Source: Ostrea edulis (lineage: Eukaryota). From it: a DNA stretch of 64,000 bases. The stretch is from the NCBI RefSeq assembly GCF_947568905.1, contig NC_079168.1, positions 93,992,001 to 94,056,000 on the forward strand, read 5' to 3'. Positions within the stretch are counted from its first letter, which is position 1; each line of letters starts with the position of its first letter. A model generated the notes under the pieces. The model ran no database searches and was not told the DNA's origin. It saw only the letters and a program-made list of their open reading frames with translations. The position numbers were made by a program, and so were the translations under genes. Below, in pieces: positions 52,301 to 64,000 of the stretch.

Positions 52301-52679
52301 ATGATTAACATTGAATGACATCATACCATTGTAGGCCCACAGGAATGTAGATTTCCAGCCTCTTGTCTCGAGGGATCCTTTTGCCAGATCATTCTTACTG
52401 GAGGGATTTTGTTTATAAGTACCATATTCAGCATAGTTTGTACAAAATGGTAAAACTTTAATTCTGCGGACTAATTACTATTTCAAACACTGTAAAATTG
52501 ATAAATGTAAAACAGATAATATTGGATATTTCAGCTGCATTAAGTACCAAGTTAGAAGAATGCTGAAGAACATAAGACACGAGGAAACCACAACAGATCA
52601 AATGGACCCCAAGATAAAAATATATACCTACAACTATACTGACGAGCATCACCGCGCCACCCACAGCACGAGTGTCTAA
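49391..52679 (+). CDS. Candidate multi-exon single-pass membrane protein with Cys-containing ectodomain (5' exon not found)
   Basis: join(49391..49531?,51300..51398,51790..51888,52335..52449,52535..52679), GT-AG, phase-compatible and open: GKENCNKTCQAC.../DYPDPDECLEYEFAVRKLVARNCSDFRQVQCIN/GPREAYVMTACYQVSGEESCLP.../GPQECRFPASCLEGSFCQIILTGGILFISTIFSIVCTK/CCIKYQVRRMLKN...THSTSV*. Confidence 0.55.
50030..50912 (+). mobile_element. Penelope-like element: RT thumb, 3' region and a partial tandem copy (pseudo-LTR-like); a further 3' fragment at 49780-49915
   Basis: CELEIEDTIESSTSASYLDILL...LYDKRDDFIFPIVNFPYLCSNIPLSPAYGVYISQLI; 3' region repeated at 50688-50912. Confidence 0.85.
51471..51743 (+). 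mobile_element. Single 5'-truncated retrozyme unit
   Basis: Same sequence as the 352-bp unit; ends gtataagttttacat. Confidence 0.9.
51670..51713 (+). ncRNA. Type I hammerhead ribozyme, intact
   Basis: Identical to the 4427-4470 motif. Confidence 0.88.
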
Positions 52680-53275
52680 TTACAGAAAACACGACAGATC
52701 GAGATCTCAAGATAAATATCTATACTAACGAGCATCACCACCCCGCCCACAGCACGAGTGTCTAATCATAGAAACCACGACAGATCGAGATCTCAAGATC
52801 AACTATACTGACGAGCATCACCGCCCCGCCCACAGCACGAGTGTCTAATTATAGAAAACATGACAGATTGAGATATCAAGATAAATATCTATACTAACGA
52901 GCATCACCGCCCCGCCCACAGCACGAGTGTCTAATCATAGAAACCACGACAGATCGAGATCTCAAGATCAACTATACTGACGAGCATCACCGCCCCGCCC
53001 ACAGCACGAGTGTCTAATTATAGAAAACACGACAGATTGAGATATCAAGATAAATATCTATACTGACGAACTTCACCGCCCCGCCCACAGCACGAGTGTC
53101 TAATTATAGAAAACACGACAGATCGAGATCTCCAGATAACAATACTCACTAGGATCTCCGCCCCGCCCACAGCACGAGTGTTTAATTATAGAAACCACGA
53201 GAGATCGAGAAAATCTCAAGATGGATAACTATACTGATTAGCATCTCCGCCCCACCCACTGCACGAGTAATTAAC
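52633..53275. repeat. Tandem repeat with alternating 86/83-bp units (~169-bp higher-order dimer), ~8 units
   Basis: cac(a)gcacgag at 52662, 52748, 52831, 52917, 53000, 53086, 53168, 53257. Confidence 0.93.
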
Positions 53276-53720
53276 TATAATTCCAATATTATTGAATACA
53301 ATTGTTTTGATTGGACAAAAATAAATCTCAACCAGAATTTACACATCTGTAAATCCAAAAACGCTATGTATACATACACGCCTGATAAGGAATAACAGTG
53401 CAGGGAAAATATTCAAATGTTTAACATTGATAATATATGTATAAACTCAGGACATTTTACCTACAAACTTAAAATAAAAGTAGTGTGCAGTTTAATTTAG
53501 CTTGTGAGTAAAATGTATGGAGATTACACATCGATTTTTTTTTCAAAACGAATGTTTAATCCTATAATACAAATCATCTGGTTCTAGAAGACAAATCATG
53601 AATGCAAAGATTTCAGATGATTGGCGTAAATTGAAGAGAAAAAAACTTCATTCTGATCAATGTAATGGAAATCGCAAATAAGTTGAAGGAACCTGTGAAC
53701 AAGGCGGAGGGAAGACTGCT

Positions 53721-54818
53721 GGACAACTCCCCCCCCCAGACAACTCGCCCCATTGTTGGGACAATTCGCCCCCTCTCAGGACAAGTCACCCTCTCTCAAG
53801 ACAAGTCGCCCCTTCTCTTGAGACAACTCGCCCCCAATATTATATATGAATATATTATCACACTTTATTCTTATTTTGTGTTTGTACTTGTACAAAAATT
53901 TACACTATTGACTGTATAAAGATACGTCTCTTTATTTCATACTTTTACACAAATGGTAAATTCTAATACACAAATCTAATTAGTGTATTTAAGAAAAACT
54001 AAAAAAAATTTCATACTTCAATTGATTAAGAAAATTGTATTTACTGATCTTCAGGTAACTGATTAAGTGTCCCCAATATTGAGAACAAATGGGGGTTGGA
54101 GGGTGTTTGTGTGTGTGCGTATTTTATCGATACAGTGTGTATACTACTTAAGTGTAAATGTGAAGCATGAATATTCTGATACATGTAATTATCTTTTAAT
54201 TCGTCTCTCAACTAATTTTCGTTGAAAATCAAAATTCCCAATTTCGAAATTTTATAGCGGCATTGTTTCAGTGCTTCTTTTTATGGAGCGATTTCAAAGT
54301 GAAAAGTACTCTGATGATAATCACTTTAACTTTGGAAGTAAATATATAACAGCTTGGGGGGAATCAAACAATTAGATTTAACAACAGACGCAGATTACTG
54401 ATAATTATTTAGTTAATACTCTCCCTACCAAACGCTAACTTGTTTCCGCTGAAATTATATATCTTACATGTAAATAAAAGTGATGACGAATTTACGGAAC
54501 CCTAACACTGGATTTTCACTTAAATTTTTCGTCTTGCATAAAACGACACGACGTTCGGTGTCCATGTGAACATGTCTTTTTGTCTGTGATGTATGTACAT
54601 GTACTATCTATGATAAATTTATTAATTTGTGCTAACACATCTCTTGGGTTTAGACCAAAAATAATAATTGTAAACATGCATGCTATGAAGTGGTTAGTTA
54701 TCTCAAGAGAGGGGGCGAGTTGTCTTGAGGGCGAGTTGTCTCAAGGGCGAGTTGTCCCGATGAGGGGGCGAGTTGTCTTGAGGGCAAGTTGTTTAGGGGC
54801 GAGTTGTTTTGATACCGG
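53721..54818. mobile_element. Foldback-type element with inverted terminal minisatellites (gacaactcgcccc)n
   Basis: 53721-53837 forward; 54698-54815 reverse complement. Confidence 0.65.
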
Positions 54819-57380
54819 AGGGAATGATGAATGTAAATAAAAGACAGTGTAAATCAAACAATAATTGGTGAACTATAACTCTAACTCCCGATGTGTTAAA
54901 TCATTGTACTAGCATAATGAAAGGTGAAGATAACGAACAGTGATCAATCCCATAACTCCTATAAGCAATACAAAGTAGATAGTTGGGCAAACACGGACCC
55001 CTGGCATATAATAAAGATAAATTCATCACCATTATTTGACACTCATTATAAACTATTCAACCCATCTTAGCGATTGATACTTAACTCAGAAGAATTGCAG
55101 CCAATGCAATTAACTAGATTTGTATATATCCATGTTTTTGTTCATTGAACTCATTGATTTTTATGTGTGTATATTTTAAGATGCACCAATTCATTATGTA
55201 ACAGGTTGTAACATTATAAAGATATTTCACTATAACAATTAGCTGCAATATATGTATCCCTCTCCGTTTTTTGTTGTTTTTTTGGGGGGGGGAGGGCTAC
55301 AACTCCTTAGCATTTCCGTAATGGTGCGAATGCAGGAGGGATTCACTCCGTCAACATTTTCGATCAGTCTAAACAATTGCTGACTTTCTTTACGTAAATA
55401 AAATGATATTCTATGTTTTTTAGTCAATGTACAAATTTAAAACCCGCAACTTACGATTTGTGAGGCCCTATTCTACCATTATCAACAATTTCGATAAATT
55501 CCAATTTCTCGCTTCATATTTGTGCGCGATATTTAATGTACTGAAGTTTCAACTTTCGATTGTCTAGTTATTTGCATATGCCATACAAAGTAGTATTTAC
55601 ATCAATGAATGAGTACGCAGGAGAAAGCTATTTCGCCGGTATTGAAAAGATTTGAATTTAATATCAAGTTAAAAACCGAACAGCAGAGTGTAAATTCTTT
55701 CAGCAAGTATATGCTTTTTCTATATTTGTCGAAATGGCTCGAGTAACTACATTTTCGTGCTGACTGTCAATGTTTAGGTTTTTCAGTAGATCCACCAACG
55801 AGATCTCACGATAACAAGCATGACGGAGCAGAAGGAAAACAAATACATGCTGTGCATGATATTTAATGAAAAACACCTTTATTAGACATGTCCGAGCGCA
55901 AAGTTTGGTGTAAACAACATTTGGGACTAAAGCACATAGGTTATTATCGATTATGCATAAAAATCATTTCACACCATAACGGAGATCCTATGAAATTGTA
56001 GCCCTATCCTGAAAAACCGGATATGGCTACATTATTGCAGCTATATAACAACATGCTGAGTGAAAGGCATTTGTGATATATCGACCTTAACACATTTACT
56101 CCCTAATTTGTTCACATGTACTTTTCACGCCTTACCCATCCACTTCCTCTATCATTACAATCTCTTTAAAGTCATATCAGGGAAACAAGTATATAACAGT
56201 TACAAAAATAATGCTATATTTGTATTTCCAATGGTTTCCCGATTTTTCTATTTATAAATGGCAATAAAAGCCATTTCTTCATGAAAGCATTGCAGTTGGG
56301 AACAATACGCGTATGAATCTTGATAAGTATAGCACGTCATTTAACGATTAGAAATTCCGACTGAATAATATAGAATGAAAATGTGATTTTCAACCCTTAA
56401 AGCAAACATACTTTTCATGAAACGCTAACACACTTCATGAAGAATGATGGCGCGAAGCGTCATGTACTTTGAAAATGAAATTTATTTTTTACATGACACC
56501 AATCAATATGGAATACCAGAACCATTATTTCGTCTCCGTTGTGCTTTTTATACTTAGTCATATCAGGGAAATAAGTATATAACAGTTACAAAAATAATGC
56601 TATATTTGCATTTCCTATGGTTTTAGTATGTCCAAAGAGATTACCTTTTCAGTTAGCAGGCATATGCTACTTACTTACGATCAGCTATAATGAGTTCAGG
56701 CACAGTTTAGCGTCGTTTTTGAAAGTTGAGGAGTGGGGAAGAAATTGAGAAAAAGTGCCGTTATATTTAGCTGAAAATTCTTAGCAGGAAAAGCAGTTCT
56801 GCCCAAACCCCAAATCGTAAAAGGGAGATAGGTTATCCTTCAGTACATGTCTACGAGTTCAATTTATCGGCTCAACCTTGCAATTCCAATTCACAGCTAT
56901 TATAAGAAGTGACCAGATAATAGATTGATCTTTGCATGTACTAATAACGAATGTTGTGATGATAACGCGATGTCAAGAAAGAAGGAGAAGGGAGGCAGGT
57001 GTACAGACATTTAATCCAACAACTCAACATATTTGGTACCAGGGTATTCATGAGTTGTCTTTATCCAACACATTTTTTGTTTTACAAGAGTTGCCCAAGG
57101 GAGGCATAATTTTCGTAACTTCCTTTTTCTGAATAGTTCCAAAATATTTTTCTAGTTCCGATATCCAGTATTTGACAATTAATCATTATCAAATATATGA
57201 TAAACAAAAACACCGAGTAACCTATTTAATATCTATAACGACAGATGGACGGAACTGAAGACTATAAAAATAAACTAGACATCCTCATTTCAAACGTTCA
57301 TATTTTCATTGTATTGTCAGACTAGATTTTCCTTTAATGCAAGATGTCGATCGGTGATACATTAAGCGACATTTACAGAG

Positions 57381-63822
<6,442 letters not shown>

Positions 63823-64000
63823 CTACGAATCGAGGAATGTCGCAATCAACAATCATCTTTGTAGTATCATCAGACTAACACTAATTGCAGTCATATTACT
63901 CTAGCAATTAGGGTAATCGAGGATTAATTTCGGTGCCTCGTCAAACCGTTTAACCCTAACCCTGCCACCGGTACTACATAAGTAGATAATGTTTCTTCGC

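Noticed and set aside
52638-52700. CTGACGA followed by GAAA in the 86/83-bp repeat, resembling a hammerhead core
   Set aside because: No stem II, III or I pairing can be drawn, and alternate units read CTAACGA
54920-54960. GTGAAGA-TAAC-GAAC motif at the ends of the Penelope-like fragments as a variant hammerhead
   Set aside because: C3 and A15.1 are altered and no stem I is available

Overview
AT-rich, intron-containing eukaryotic (metazoan) DNA. It is probably a bivalve, most likely an oyster, inferred from the repeat families (Helentron-type HINE, tRNA-SINEs, Penelope-like RT). The window is mostly a dense transposon landscape: a full-length piggyBac (5737-11411, TTAA TSDs), an Academ deletion derivative (18672-22225), a two-gene Kolobok (transposase plus an apparently intact P2X7-like KolX gene, about 31700-35571), a 2.1-kb Kolobok-type non-autonomous element, a P-element/THAP9-like remnant, a MULE-like foldback MITE, LINE/Gypsy/Penelope fragments, SINEs and several minisatellites. 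Host genes are the 3' exons of a receptor-type guanylate cyclase (minus strand, 57381-63822) and a candidate small multi-exon single-pass membrane protein (49391-52679). The most notable non-coding system is a family of ~352-bp tandem repeats, each carrying a type I hammerhead ribozyme with a palindromic stem III (retrozyme architecture), at three loci. A second, unrelated minimal hammerhead at 30891-30928 sits next to a tRNA-like, direct/inverted-duplicated element. All calls were made by eye with no database searches.
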